From assembly GCA_036570545.1 (NCBI GenBank), contig DATCXZ010000054.1, forward strand, positions 1,558 to 65,557: a stretch of 64,000 bases of DNA. Direction: 5' to 3'. The DNA is from Kiloniellaceae bacterium. Its GTDB lineage: Bacteria; Pseudomonadota; Alphaproteobacteria; Kiloniellales; Kiloniellaceae. The notes under the pieces were generated by a model. That model was given only the letters and a program-made list of their open reading frames with translations. It did no database searches and was not told the DNA's origin. The position numbers were made by a program, and so were the translations under genes. Below, in pieces: positions 18,981 through 28,176 of this stretch; positions within the stretch are counted from its first letter, which is position 1, and each line of letters starts with the position of its first letter.

Positions 18981-19180
18981 CTGCTTGGCCACCGGTGATA
19001 GAAGGCGGCGTCGCGCCACCACCTTCGCGGCCCAATCTGGCGGTATCGTGGGCGTCGGAAGGCTCCGCCGCCAGTCCCCTTTTAGGGACACCAGCGCGTC
19101 CTGCAAAAAAGGCTGGCATCCGGCAGCGGCTTGGCGGCTACAATCGCCTAGGGACGGGTTGCAGCGGGAGCGCTGAAGCC

Positions 19181-20278
19181 TTGCAAACCTTAAACCGCTA
19201 CGTAGATCAGCTTTCGCAGATGTGGCAGGCGCTGAGGGCCGAAGGGCGCTCCGCCCGCGCCGATGCCGGTGTATCCCGGCCGCACCAGCTTTGCGAGCTT
19301 GTGGCCCTGCGGCTCGGCGAGGGAAAGCTGGAGCCCGCCGACTACTACAAGCTGCGCCTCTACCGTCGCGGTCTCAGCTTCGAGGAAAAGCGCAAGTACT
19401 TTTCCAATCAGGCCATTCCGCCGAGCCTGCTGGGCAACTGGGCCGTCGTCGCCCAGGACAAGCTTCTCACCTACTGTGTGTTGAACAGCCTCGGCATCGC
19501 GACCCCGACCATCCATGCCATCTGTCATTCCGTGCGCGAGTACGGCAGGGCTGTCGGCTTGAAGAGCGCCAGTGCGGTCGCCGAGTATCTGCGCAAGGAG
19601 GCCCCCTACCCCCTTATCGCCAAGCCGATCCGCGGCATCTTCAGCCAGGACGTCTGGCTGCTGGAAGGCTACGACCCGGCGGCCGACAGGCTGGTGACGA
19701 CCGGCAGTTCCTTCACGCCGGAGGAGTTCGCGGCCCACTGCTGCCAGCGGAAGACAGGCTATCTCTTTCAGGAACTGCTGCGGCCGCAGGAGGCGATCCG
19801 CGCGGCAATTAGCGACAGGCTCTGCACTCTGCGGGTGATGCTGCGGGTCGAAGACGGCGGGCCGCGCCTGACCCTGACGACCTGGAAAATCTCAGCCGGC
19901 GGAAACGTGGCCGACAACTACTGGCGCGAAGGCAACCTCCTGGCCAAGCTCGACCAGAAAACCGGCCGCATCCTGCACTGCACGACGGGCCTCGGACCGC
20001 GGTATCGCACGGTCGAGCACCATCCGAGGACGGGCATGCCGCTTGCCGGCTTCCAGGTTCCCTACTACCGCGAAGCCGTCGACCTGGCGTTGCACGCCTC
20101 CACGGCCTTCGCCGACATTCGCCTGCAAGCCTGGGATATCGCCATCACGGATTCCGGTCCCGTGCCGCTGGAGGTGAATGTCGTCGGCAGCCTGTTCATT
20201 CCGCAGCTCCTCAACCAGAAAGGCCTCTGGGCCGGCGATTTCCGCGATCTCGTGCTGACCTACCGCCGCAGCGCATAG
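19181..20278 (+). CDS. Sugar-transfer-associated ATP-grasp protein 1 (start TTG 19181 or ATG 19220)
   Basis: QDKLLTY, IAKPIRG, YLFQELLRPQ, LCTLRV, VADNYW..G, AWDIAITDSGPVPLEVN. Confidence 0.8.
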   Translation: MQTLNRYVDQLSQMWQALRAEGRSARADAGVSRPHQLCELVALRLGEGKLEPADYYKLRLYRRGLSFEEKRKYFSNQAIPPSLLGNWAVVAQDKLLTYCVLNSLGIATPTIHAICHSVREYGRAVGLKSASAVAEYLRKEAPYPLIAKPIRGIFSQDVWLLEGYDPAADRLVTTGSSFTPEEFAAHCCQRKTGYLFQELLRPQEAIRAAISDRLCTLRVMLRVEDGGPRLTLTTWKISAGGNVADNYWREGNLLAKLDQKTGRILHCTTGLGPRYRTVEHHPRTGMPLAGFQVPYYREAVDLALHASTAFADIRLQAWDIAITDSGPVPLEVNVVGSLFIPQLLNQKGLWAGDFRDLVLTYRRSA

Positions 20279-20296
20279 CGCAGGCGGCATGGCCAG

Positions 20297-21472
20297 TCAC
20301 ACTCTGGGGCGGTTCGCGAAGCCGAGCCCCAGGAAGCGCCAGGCGTCGTCGCGGTTGAAGACCTCCACCCACGGCGTGTCGAGAATACCTCGGCGATGGG
20401 CGAGCTGGTTCACCGTGAGGTCGTAATGCCAGTTTCCTTCCAAGAGGAGCGGCCCACTGTCGGTAAGCGCGACGTCCCAGCCGAGGCTCTTCTGCACCGC
20501 GAAGACCCGGGCCGCCGCCTGAACCAGATCCCGCACCTGATCCCAATCCGGCAGCGCCATCCCGGTCATGCGCGTGCCGGTCAGCGGATGATCATCCACG
20601 TACTGCGGTAGGTTGTTCACCAGGATTGTCCCGCGTCCGCAGAGGCCGGTCTCGACGTCGACCGGCACCACGATGCCGCCCTGCGCCAGGTTGTCGGCCG
20701 GCCCCTTGCCGCCGCCGACCCTGAGGGCAGCCCCCACGACCACCGGCTCCGGCCGCAGGTGCGTGACGACGCGCACCGTGTGAAGCACGTCGGGCATGAC
20801 GGCGGCGAGGATCGGATGCGACCGCAGCCGCGGTTCGATGAGCACGCCGCCGTTGTGGAAATAGCGCCCACAGTGCCGCCAGATGGCGGCCAGATCGATC
20901 TCCTCCCCTCCCGGCAACGTCCGCCAAGCGAGCCCCTGGGGCGCCCGGCTGCCCAGGCTCAGCACGCCCCAGCCCTTGGTTCCGGCAACCGGCTTCAGCA
21001 CGACATCGGCGATCTCGTTCGCTTCCATCCAGCTTCGCAGCGCCCCTTCCGAGCGGATCGTGAGGAACGGGCCCGCAGACTGGTCCTGCGTGACGACGGC
21101 CAGGGTCTTCGACACCGGCAAGCCCGCCTTCGTGGCCACCTCGTTGAACTCGAGCTTGCGATCGACGAGGTGGTGATGCTCAGCCGGATTGAACGCGCAG
21201 AAGACGCGCCAGCTCTGAAAACGGCCTATGTAGGAGCGCTTCATCTCCATCGGCAGCCGAGGGTCAGACAGCCCGAGGTTATAGTAGTCCACCCCCCCGA
21301 TCCGGTTGCTCCAGAGCAGGCGCTGCTGCTCGATAAAGCGCCGCAGGACGGACGTCGGCATTTCGCGATGGCGCCTGTGGCAGCGGAAGTCTTCGACAGC
21401 CTGGGCAGGAATCGCCCGTAATCGCCAAACGACCTTCGCGAGATCTTTCGCGGACACCTTGCCTCCCTGCAT
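20297..21472 (-). CDS. Sugar-transfer-associated ATP-grasp protein 2
   Basis: VDRKLEF, VLKPVAGTKGWGV, LIEPRL..HP, LHTVRVVT, ADNLAQGGI, GWDVALTDSGPLLLEGN. Confidence 0.82.
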   Translation of the reverse strand: MQGGKVSAKDLAKVVWRLRAIPAQAVEDFRCHRRHREMPTSVLRRFIEQQRLLWSNRIGGVDYYNLGLSDPRLPMEMKRSYIGRFQSWRVFCAFNPAEHHHLVDRKLEFNEVATKAGLPVSKTLAVVTQDQSAGPFLTIRSEGALRSWMEANEIADVVLKPVAGTKGWGVLSLGSRAPQGLAWRTLPGGEEIDLAAIWRHCGRYFHNGGVLIEPRLRSHPILAAVMPDVLHTVRVVTHLRPEPVVVGAALRVGGGKGPADNLAQGGIVVPVDVETGLCGRGTILVNNLPQYVDDHPLTGTRMTGMALPDWDQVRDLVQAAARVFAVQKSLGWDVALTDSGPLLLEGNWHYDLTVNQLAHRRGILDTPWVEVFNRDDAWRFLGLGFANRPRV

Positions 21473-21723
21473 TCAGCTTGTTGTGGGGCTTATCGAAGAT
21501 TTCCGCTTCATTTTCCAGCTATGGCGCGGGCGCGCTAGAGTGTCCTTTTCGGCATGCGACCATCATGCCCGATGCTCGGTATTATGATAATTTCGATAGC
21601 CTGTGCCTTTGGGCTCACCCGCAAAGGCGGCTGATCTCTCGCAGCAAGTTCTCGTAAGTCAGCACAGGCAGGCGATCCGCCTTGAGGACCTCTAGCGCCG
21701 GGAGACGGGGCCGAGGCGAGGCA

Positions 21724-24321
21724 TCAGGCGGGGTTGGGTATCAACTGCTCCGATATGACCAGGTTGCGATACCACACGAAGAAAGGCGGATGCTCCTCGC
21801 GCGGGTTCTTTTCATAAAGATGCGGCATGAGCCATATCTTGCCGACCCTGTTCTCGGGGCTTACCGGCGAGGAGGCGTAGAAATCGTTGTCGATCACGAG
21901 CCTCTGCCGGCCGCCGTGCTCGCCTTCGATGGCGCCCCAGATGCTCACATGGCTGAGCCGGGGATCGCCCTTTTTCGCGTCCGCCTGCCAGGGCCCGAAG
22001 CGCAGCCGGATCTGGATCGTGATCCACTTGTCGTCGATCAGGCGGAAGCAGTTCTCCGCCAGATTGTTCCAGTCTCTCCTGCTTCCGTTCGCGAGTATCC
22101 TCGGGCAAGCGTACAGACCATTGGGCTGGCTGTTGCTATGAAGCTGACCACCAATGCGCCCGATGCGCTTGCCGAAGCCCATCGGCCGTGGGCAGCGGTG
22201 ATAGGCGTGAAGCGCATGATTCGCACTATGATTGATGGCGGTTTCCAGGCGCATGCAGGAGTCGGCGCGGACGCCGCGGCGGTCGCCGGTCGAGATCAGC
22301 GCAATCTTGGAGCCGGTGCAGCCTCCCTTGCCGTTGGTATCCTTGAAGCAGCGCCGCTCCTTGCGATAGTTCGGGCTGTTGGGATCGCAATCGGTCCAGA
22401 TGAAGGTGCAGGAATAGCGCACCTGGAACTGGATGTAGACCTCCTGCGCCGCCGCGTCCGGGCCGACCTGGAAGGCATAGTCGGGGCTGAAGTTGGTTTT
22501 GAAGTTGCCGGCCGCTCCTGACCCGGTATTGGAGGGGAAAGTGAAGCGCAGGCCGCCGATCTCGGGATCCGCCTGCGCCAGCTTCGCCTGGGGATGGTTG
22601 AACTTCTGGCTGACGTTGCGCCAACTCCCGTCGCGCTGGGGCGGCCCGCTCGCGACCACCTTGGCATGGTAGAGCACCTCGCCTTCGCCCATCGGATCGC
22701 AGAGCACTGCGGTCGCGCAAACGCGCCGCCAGTCGGCGCTCTCGGCGATCTCGAGGGGAATGACCTTCTCGCCGTCGTGCGGCGCGCGCGCCTTGGGTGC
22801 GCCAGCCGGCGCCGGCGCCGGCGGCTGTTGCGGACTGTCGGCCGCCACGGTGTGCAAGACGGCCGGGGCCGGCGCGGCGGCGGAGCGGTCCAGACGGTAG
22901 AGCACGAAGCCGAGATCGACATTGGTAATGCCGAAGAAGGCATCGACCTCAGGCACATAGCGCCACTTGGAATAGACCTTTCCCGGGCGCTTCGCGTCGC
23001 GCATAGCCCGCGCCGCTTCCCCTTTCGGCTCGGCTTCCCGGATGGCGCCGGTCGCCGGATCGACGATGAGGACGCGCGCATGGCCATCCCAGAGCACCAG
23101 CAGCCCCGAGGCATGCTGGGCCAGCCCCCAGGCCTTCATTCCCGCCTTCGGCCACTCGGCGACGAGCCGCGCGTCGAAGCCCTCGGTCTGGCCCGGAAGC
23201 GGCCAGGTGTAGGCGACCAGGCGGTCCTTGGCGCCTCCCCCGATGATCGTGTAGAGGATGCCCGCTCGCTGATCGAAGACGGCAGGGCCGTCGATGAACC
23301 TGCCATAGGGATCGCGGTCAAAGGAGCGGACCACGGAGCGGGTCTGCGGATCGATCTCGTGCCAGCCCTGCTCTCGCCCGACGTGGAGGATCACGTTGCC
23401 GCTGCGCCGGTCGACCACGGCGCGCGTGAAGCGCGCGTAGCCATCGAGCGCCGGCATGGGCTGCCAAGTTCTGCTGTGGGCGTCGTACTCCCAGGCCGAG
23501 GAGCCACCCATGCCGGCGCTGCAGTACTCGACGGTGCCGAACAGCCAGTAGCGATCGATCTTCGGCACGTAGAGGAAGCCCTGGTAGGTGTGGGTTGCCG
23601 GCGGCCCCACGGCGGGGGCCGGACAGGCATCCTTCTCGCCGTCGCCGTCGCTGTCGTCCAGATAGGGCCCCGTCAGCGGCTGGGGATCGGTCTCGCGCGT
23701 CCAGGTCAGCGTCTCGAAATCGAAGGCGTAGACCTCGTTGCCGCCGTAGTCGGCATGGCCGCCGCCATGCACACGGAATTCGCCTCGCGCGTGGTCGAAA
23801 GCGCCTCCATTCCAGGCGCCGATCACGTTCGGCGCACGGTGGCACTTGATCTCGCGGCAAAAGTCAAACTCGCCCTCGCGCACCAGGTGCGGCCGCAGGG
23901 CGCTCCCTGGCAGGACGGCGAACTCGCCCGGCTGCGGGAGCAGCGCCGCGAGACGCTTCCACACCGCGTTCTGGGTGCGCACGGACTGCGACGGAGCGGC
24001 GGCAGGCGCCGTCGGCCGTTCGTTTGATAGAGCCTGCGAATTATGAAAACTATCGGCCCGAACCGGCTGTGCTGCAGCAGGGACGGCCCCGCCGCCGGCG
24101 TCGCCGGCCGGCGTGATCCTGGTGCCCGGGATATAGCTCGGTGCCGGCGGCAGCCCAAGGAATTCGCGCGGACCCTCCGCCTGCGCCCGCGTTGCCCCGA
24201 TCAGGCTCAGCACCGATAGCGCCGCGGCAAGCAGCGCCACAGAGAGTGCGATCGCGCGCCTCGGCTCCGCTATGGGCGGCAGCGCCGCCCCGCGCCTGTC
24301 AGTGTCGACATTCAGGATCAT
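21724..24321 (-). CDS. Large secreted protein (865 aa): Kelch-like propeller plus Cys-rich, possibly lyase-like beta-sandwich C-terminal domain
   Basis: ATG 24321; signal peptide ending RAQA|E; AWNGGAFD..GGGHADYGGNEVYAFD..W repeats; Pro/Ala linkers; C-terminal VYIQFQVRY..KWITIQI..GKIWL..WYRNLVIS. The 5' extension of the called ORF lies antisense to the sulfotransferase and is treated as spurious. Confidence 0.7.
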   Translation of the reverse strand: MILNVDTDRRGAALPPIAEPRRAIALSVALLAAALSVLSLIGATRAQAEGPREFLGLPPAPSYIPGTRITPAGDAGGGAVPAAAQPVRADSFHNSQALSNERPTAPAAAPSQSVRTQNAVWKRLAALLPQPGEFAVLPGSALRPHLVREGEFDFCREIKCHRAPNVIGAWNGGAFDHARGEFRVHGGGHADYGGNEVYAFDFETLTWTRETDPQPLTGPYLDDSDGDGEKDACPAPAVGPPATHTYQGFLYVPKIDRYWLFGTVEYCSAGMGGSSAWEYDAHSRTWQPMPALDGYARFTRAVVDRRSGNVILHVGREQGWHEIDPQTRSVVRSFDRDPYGRFIDGPAVFDQRAGILYTIIGGGAKDRLVAYTWPLPGQTEGFDARLVAEWPKAGMKAWGLAQHASGLLVLWDGHARVLIVDPATGAIREAEPKGEAARAMRDAKRPGKVYSKWRYVPEVDAFFGITNVDLGFVLYRLDRSAAAPAPAVLHTVAADSPQQPPAPAPAGAPKARAPHDGEKVIPLEIAESADWRRVCATAVLCDPMGEGEVLYHAKVVASGPPQRDGSWRNVSQKFNHPQAKLAQADPEIGGLRFTFPSNTGSGAAGNFKTNFSPDYAFQVGPDAAAQEVYIQFQVRYSCTFIWTDCDPNSPNYRKERRCFKDTNGKGGCTGSKIALISTGDRRGVRADSCMRLETAINHSANHALHAYHRCPRPMGFGKRIGRIGGQLHSNSQPNGLYACPRILANGSRRDWNNLAENCFRLIDDKWITIQIRLRFGPWQADAKKGDPRLSHVSIWGAIEGEHGGRQRLVIDNDFYASSPVSPENRVGKIWLMPHLYEKNPREEHPPFFVWYRNLVISEQLIPNPA

Positions 24322-24453
24322 ACCATGCCAAGCTGGCCGTTCCTCCAGAGGAGACCAGATACCACGGTGGCTTGCAACTGCGTCCCCTGTAACTTCGGTG
24401 AGCATGCCGCAGAGGCTTCCTTGCGCCGTAGCGGGCGGGCCTCGGGCTAGTCT

Positions 24454-25422
24454 ATGGCGGCACTGCACGCCGTGCGCAGCGCGTTGCGGGATGCCGTCCG
24501 CGCCGGCCTGGCTCCCGTCGAGCGGCTGGCGTTGCGCCTGGGCGACCCGCTCCCCTACGCCCCCATCTTCATCGTCTCGCCGCCGCGTTCCGGGTCGACG
24601 CTGCTCTACCTGCTCGCCGTCCAAAAATATCGTCTCAGCTACTTCTCCAACTTCGCGATGGCCTGCCCGGCGAGCCCGGCGCTCCTGACCCTGCTCGGCG
24701 CCCCTTTCGGCGCTTGCGCCGGGGGCGCCTCCCTCGACAACAGCTTTGGCGAGACGCCAGGCTGGAACGGGCCGAACCAGGGCTATCGCGCCTGGAACCG
24801 ATGGTTTCCCACCGACCGGGACTTCGTCCCTCCCGGCGAGCTGTCGGCGCGCGCGCGCGACGCGCTGCGGCGGACCATCGGCCTGTTGGAAAAAGCAGGC
24901 GGCGCGCCCTTCATCAACAAGTGGCAACGGAACGCCACACGCGCGCAGGCCCTGCACGACATCTTGCCTGAAGCGGTGTTTCTGCACCTGCGGCGCAACG
25001 GTCTGCTGACGACGCAGTCCGTCCTGCTGGCACGGCGGAAGCTGCTGACCGACCCAGACGACTGGTTCTCCGCCAAGCCACGGCGCTACGTGCCGGAGCG
25101 CGGCAAGAGCCAGCTCCAGTTCGCCGCCGAGCAGGTCGCCCTGCTGGAACGGGACCTCGAGGAGGACAAGGCCGCGATCGGAAGGGAGCGCTTCTTCGAG
25201 CTCGACTACGAGGATCTGTGCCGCGATGCCGATGGCGCCCTCGAGGCTTTCGCGGACTGGTACGCCGCCCGCACCTCGACCCGGCTGCGCGAACGGAAGA
25301 AGCTGAACCTCCGCCTGGCGGAAAGCCAGGAGATCCGCATCACAGCGGGAGAGATCGCGCAGATCGAGGTGATCCGTAGCGCCCTTGCGGAGCCACGCCT
25401 TCGCTCCTCATCGCAGGCCTAG
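24454..25422 (+). CDS. Sulfotransferase family protein 1
   Basis: 5'-PSB loop PIFIVSPPRSGSTLL, FINKW, FLHLRR, LDYEDLC. Confidence 0.85.
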   Translation: MAALHAVRSALRDAVRAGLAPVERLALRLGDPLPYAPIFIVSPPRSGSTLLYLLAVQKYRLSYFSNFAMACPASPALLTLLGAPFGACAGGASLDNSFGETPGWNGPNQGYRAWNRWFPTDRDFVPPGELSARARDALRRTIGLLEKAGGAPFINKWQRNATRAQALHDILPEAVFLHLRRNGLLTTQSVLLARRKLLTDPDDWFSAKPRRYVPERGKSQLQFAAEQVALLERDLEEDKAAIGRERFFELDYEDLCRDADGALEAFADWYAARTSTRLRERKKLNLRLAESQEIRITAGEIAQIEVIRSALAEPRLRSSSQA

Positions 25423-25550
25423 AACCGCGCGCTCGCAGGCGCGCTTCAGCCCGATGCCGACTCCGAGCCGGTCCAGGAAGCCATGGTGATAGGGGCATTC
25501 CCCAGCGGCGTGGCAAGCAGGCCTTCGTCGTTGACCACCGGGGCCTCGTC

Positions 25551-25583
25551 GGCCAGCACCCGCATGGGGCCAGCACCCGCATG
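25551..25583. repeat. 16-bp direct repeat (GGCCAGCACCCGCATG x2, 1-nt spacer)
   Basis: Copies at 25551-25566 and 25568-25583, intergenic. Confidence 0.85.
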
Positions 25584-25701
25584 AGGATTGAATTCCAGAA
25601 GCCTTACGGCCTAACTAGTGGAATCGCGCGCCATTGCCGGCTTTGGCCAGCGGATGCCACCGCTGCGGACGATCGCATCCGGCACTTGTAGGGTTGGAGA
25701 C

Positions 25702-26796
25702 ATGTGGACTGATCGGCTTTACAGGCGGCGCGAAGCCTTCCGGCTGCTTAGGACCGCGGGGGCGGAGGTGAAGGCTGACATCGGCAAGAGCCAGTTCCGG
25801 CAACTCCTGGAAATCGGCGTTCTCGGCCTGAAAGGCTACCGGGCAGCGGACTACTACCAGCTCGAGCTGTACAAGGATGTCGCTCGCGCCAAGAAATTCA
25901 TGACCAACGGGGAGTACAACAGGATCCGCAGCAGGCTGAACGAGCCCGCCTGCGGCATCATCGAGTTCAACAAGTGGATCTTTGCAAAGTATTGCGAATC
26001 GCTTGGCATTCCCACGCCGCACTGCTATGGCGTTTTTCATAGGGAGTACGGCTTCGACGAGAGCGAGAAGCCTCTGCGCGACCTGCCGAGTCTCTCCGGC
26101 CTCCTCGACTCCGTCGGCGGCGCCATCGTGGTAAAGCCCCTGGCGGGCGATCGCGGGGACAATGTCCGGGTGTTCGACGGTATCGACCCCGCCCGCCAGG
26201 TCGTGGTCGCGCCCGACGGCACCGCCTGCAGCTATCGGCAGCTCCATGATTTTTTCCTGACCAGAAAGACACCCTGGCTGTTGCAGGAGAAGGTCAAGCA
26301 GCACGGCGTTCTCGCCGATCTGCATCAATCGTCAGTGAACACGGCCCGCGTCATCACCCTGCGGGGCGACAGCGGCGATATCGCGATCCTGTCCGCTGCG
26401 CTGCGGATCGGCGTCGGATCCGCGGAGATCGACAACACCACCCTTGGCGGCCTCGCCGCGGAGATCGACCTGGAAACCGGAGTCTGCCGAGCCGCGACGT
26501 CGCGCTTCAGCATCCGGACGACCGTGGCGCACCCGGACAGCGGCTGTCGTATCGAAGGCCTCGCGCTTCCCTACTGGGATCTCGTGAAGGCGAGCGCTGT
26601 GAAGGCGCATCGCTTCCTGCCCTTCGCGCGCAGCCTCGGATGGGATATCGCGTTCGGCATCGAAGGACCGATCATCCTGGAGGTCAACGGCTCCTGGTAC
26701 TACAACCGGGTGCAGATGACCGGCCGCAGCCTCTGGGAAACCGAGTTCGGAAGCTCCCTCGCCGGTCAGGGCGGGCAGCGCAAGCGCAGGCTCTGA
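25702..26796 (+). CDS. Sugar-transfer-associated ATP-grasp protein 3
   Basis: NKWIF, VVKPLAGDRG, LLQEKVKQH, SVNTARVIT, IDNTTLGGL, GWDIAFGIEGPIILEVN. ATG 25702 with GGAG RBS. Confidence 0.85.
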   Translation: MWTDRLYRRREAFRLLRTAGAEVKADIGKSQFRQLLEIGVLGLKGYRAADYYQLELYKDVARAKKFMTNGEYNRIRSRLNEPACGIIEFNKWIFAKYCESLGIPTPHCYGVFHREYGFDESEKPLRDLPSLSGLLDSVGGAIVVKPLAGDRGDNVRVFDGIDPARQVVVAPDGTACSYRQLHDFFLTRKTPWLLQEKVKQHGVLADLHQSSVNTARVITLRGDSGDIAILSAALRIGVGSAEIDNTTLGGLAAEIDLETGVCRAATSRFSIRTTVAHPDSGCRIEGLALPYWDLVKASAVKAHRFLPFARSLGWDIAFGIEGPIILEVNGSWYYNRVQMTGRSLWETEFGSSLAGQGGQRKRRL

Positions 26797-26834
26797 GCAG
26801 AGATGGAAACGTTGTCGGCACGCCGGAGGCCTTC

Positions 26835-28163
26835 GTGAAGATCCTGTTCATTGCCTGGTACTTTCCACCTTCCAACACCATTGCGGCCGTCCGGTTGGGC
26901 AAGCTGGCGAAGTTCCTCACCCGGTTCGGCCATGACGTCCGCGTGCTGACCGCCGACGGCGTTCCCTACGCCGCGACCCTGCCGGTCGAGATCCCGCAGG
27001 AACGGGTCTATGGGACGCACTGGACGGACATCAACGCATATCCTTCGCGCGCCAAGCGGGCCATCCGTCGCCTGCTCGGGCGCAGCGGGACCGGCGCGCG
27101 CGCCGGTTCGGCAGCAGTGAATCCGCGGGAGCGGCCGCGCGGGACCGCCTACCATGGAAGCTTCCTCTCCAAGACCTATGAGCTGCTGTTCAATTTTCCC
27201 GACAAGCGCGTCGGCTGGCTGCCCGCGGCGCGGCAGCGCGCGCTCCACCTCTTCGAGGAGTGGCGACCGGATGCGATCTTCGCCACCGCGCCGCCTTTCA
27301 CTGCCCTGCTCATCGGCTACCTTCTTGCCAAGCGCGCCCGCATTCCCCTGATCGTCGAATTTCGCGACCGCTGGTCCGACGACCCCTACTATCCGCCACC
27401 CTGGTGGCGCCGGCGGCTCGAGCATTGGACCGAGGCCAGGATCGTCCGCCATGCGGCCGGGCTGACCACGGTGTCGGAGCCCTGGGCCGAGACCTATCGC
27501 GCCCGCTATGGCAAGCCGGTCGCCGTCATCTACAACGGCTATGATCCCGCCGACCAGGCCGGCGACTGCATCGCGCAGGGCGGCTGGCCGGAGCGCGACG
27601 TGCTGCGTATCATTCATACTGGCGGCATCTATCGCGGGCGCCGCGATCCCAGTCCGCTGTTCGACGCCATCAGCCGCTATCCCGACCTCAAGCGTCGAGT
27701 GCGCGTGGTGTTCTACGGCCTTGCCACCGACTACGTCCCGGCGATCGCCAGGGATTTCGAGGTAGAGGACAGCATCGAGGTGCACCCGCGCGTCGAGCAC
27801 ACGGAAGCGCTCCGCCAGCAGCGTCTGTCCGACGTCCTGCTGCTCATGCAGATGGACAGCCCGCTGGAGCAGGGCAACGTGCCGGGAAAATTCCTGGAGT
27901 ACCTCGGCGCGCGGCGCCCGATCCTCGTCCTCGGCTGGGACCAGGGCGTGCCGGCGACCATCGTGAAGCAGCGCAGCGCCGGTGCCGCCACCACCGATCC
28001 CGAGGCAATCGCCCGGCAACTGCGCGCCTGGCTCGAGGTTAAGGAGCGGGAAGGCTGCCTTCCGGATTTGTCCGCCGAGGTCTGCGCAGGCTTCACACAC
28101 GAGGAGCAGGCGGCCCGCCTCGCCGCCTTCCTCCGCAATGTCGTGGACGGCAAGCCAGCGTGA
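26835..28163 (+). CDS. GT4-family glycosyltransferase
   Basis: VKILFIAWYFPP, ATAPPF, EFRDRWSD, IYNGYD, PGKFLEYLGARRPIL. GTG with GGAGG RBS. Confidence 0.87.
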   Translation: MKILFIAWYFPPSNTIAAVRLGKLAKFLTRFGHDVRVLTADGVPYAATLPVEIPQERVYGTHWTDINAYPSRAKRAIRRLLGRSGTGARAGSAAVNPRERPRGTAYHGSFLSKTYELLFNFPDKRVGWLPAARQRALHLFEEWRPDAIFATAPPFTALLIGYLLAKRARIPLIVEFRDRWSDDPYYPPPWWRRRLEHWTEARIVRHAAGLTTVSEPWAETYRARYGKPVAVIYNGYDPADQAGDCIAQGGWPERDVLRIIHTGGIYRGRRDPSPLFDAISRYPDLKRRVRVVFYGLATDYVPAIARDFEVEDSIEVHPRVEHTEALRQQRLSDVLLLMQMDSPLEQGNVPGKFLEYLGARRPILVLGWDQGVPATIVKQRSAGAATTDPEAIARQLRAWLEVKEREGCLPDLSAEVCAGFTHEEQAARLAAFLRNVVDGKPA

Positions 28164-28176
28164 TCGTGGGCCGTCG

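Noticed and set aside
18944-19180. 5' extension of the ATP-grasp 1 ORF, and of the MurF-like ORF to 19106
   Set aside because: The two extensions overlap head-to-head and are low-complexity; downstream starts leave a plausible divergent promoter gap.
24322-24987. N-terminal 222 aa of the 1087-aa ORF 21724..24987
   Set aside because: Lies antisense to the sulfotransferase gene; a signal peptide begins at ATG 24321, so the extension is a GC-rich open-frame artefact.
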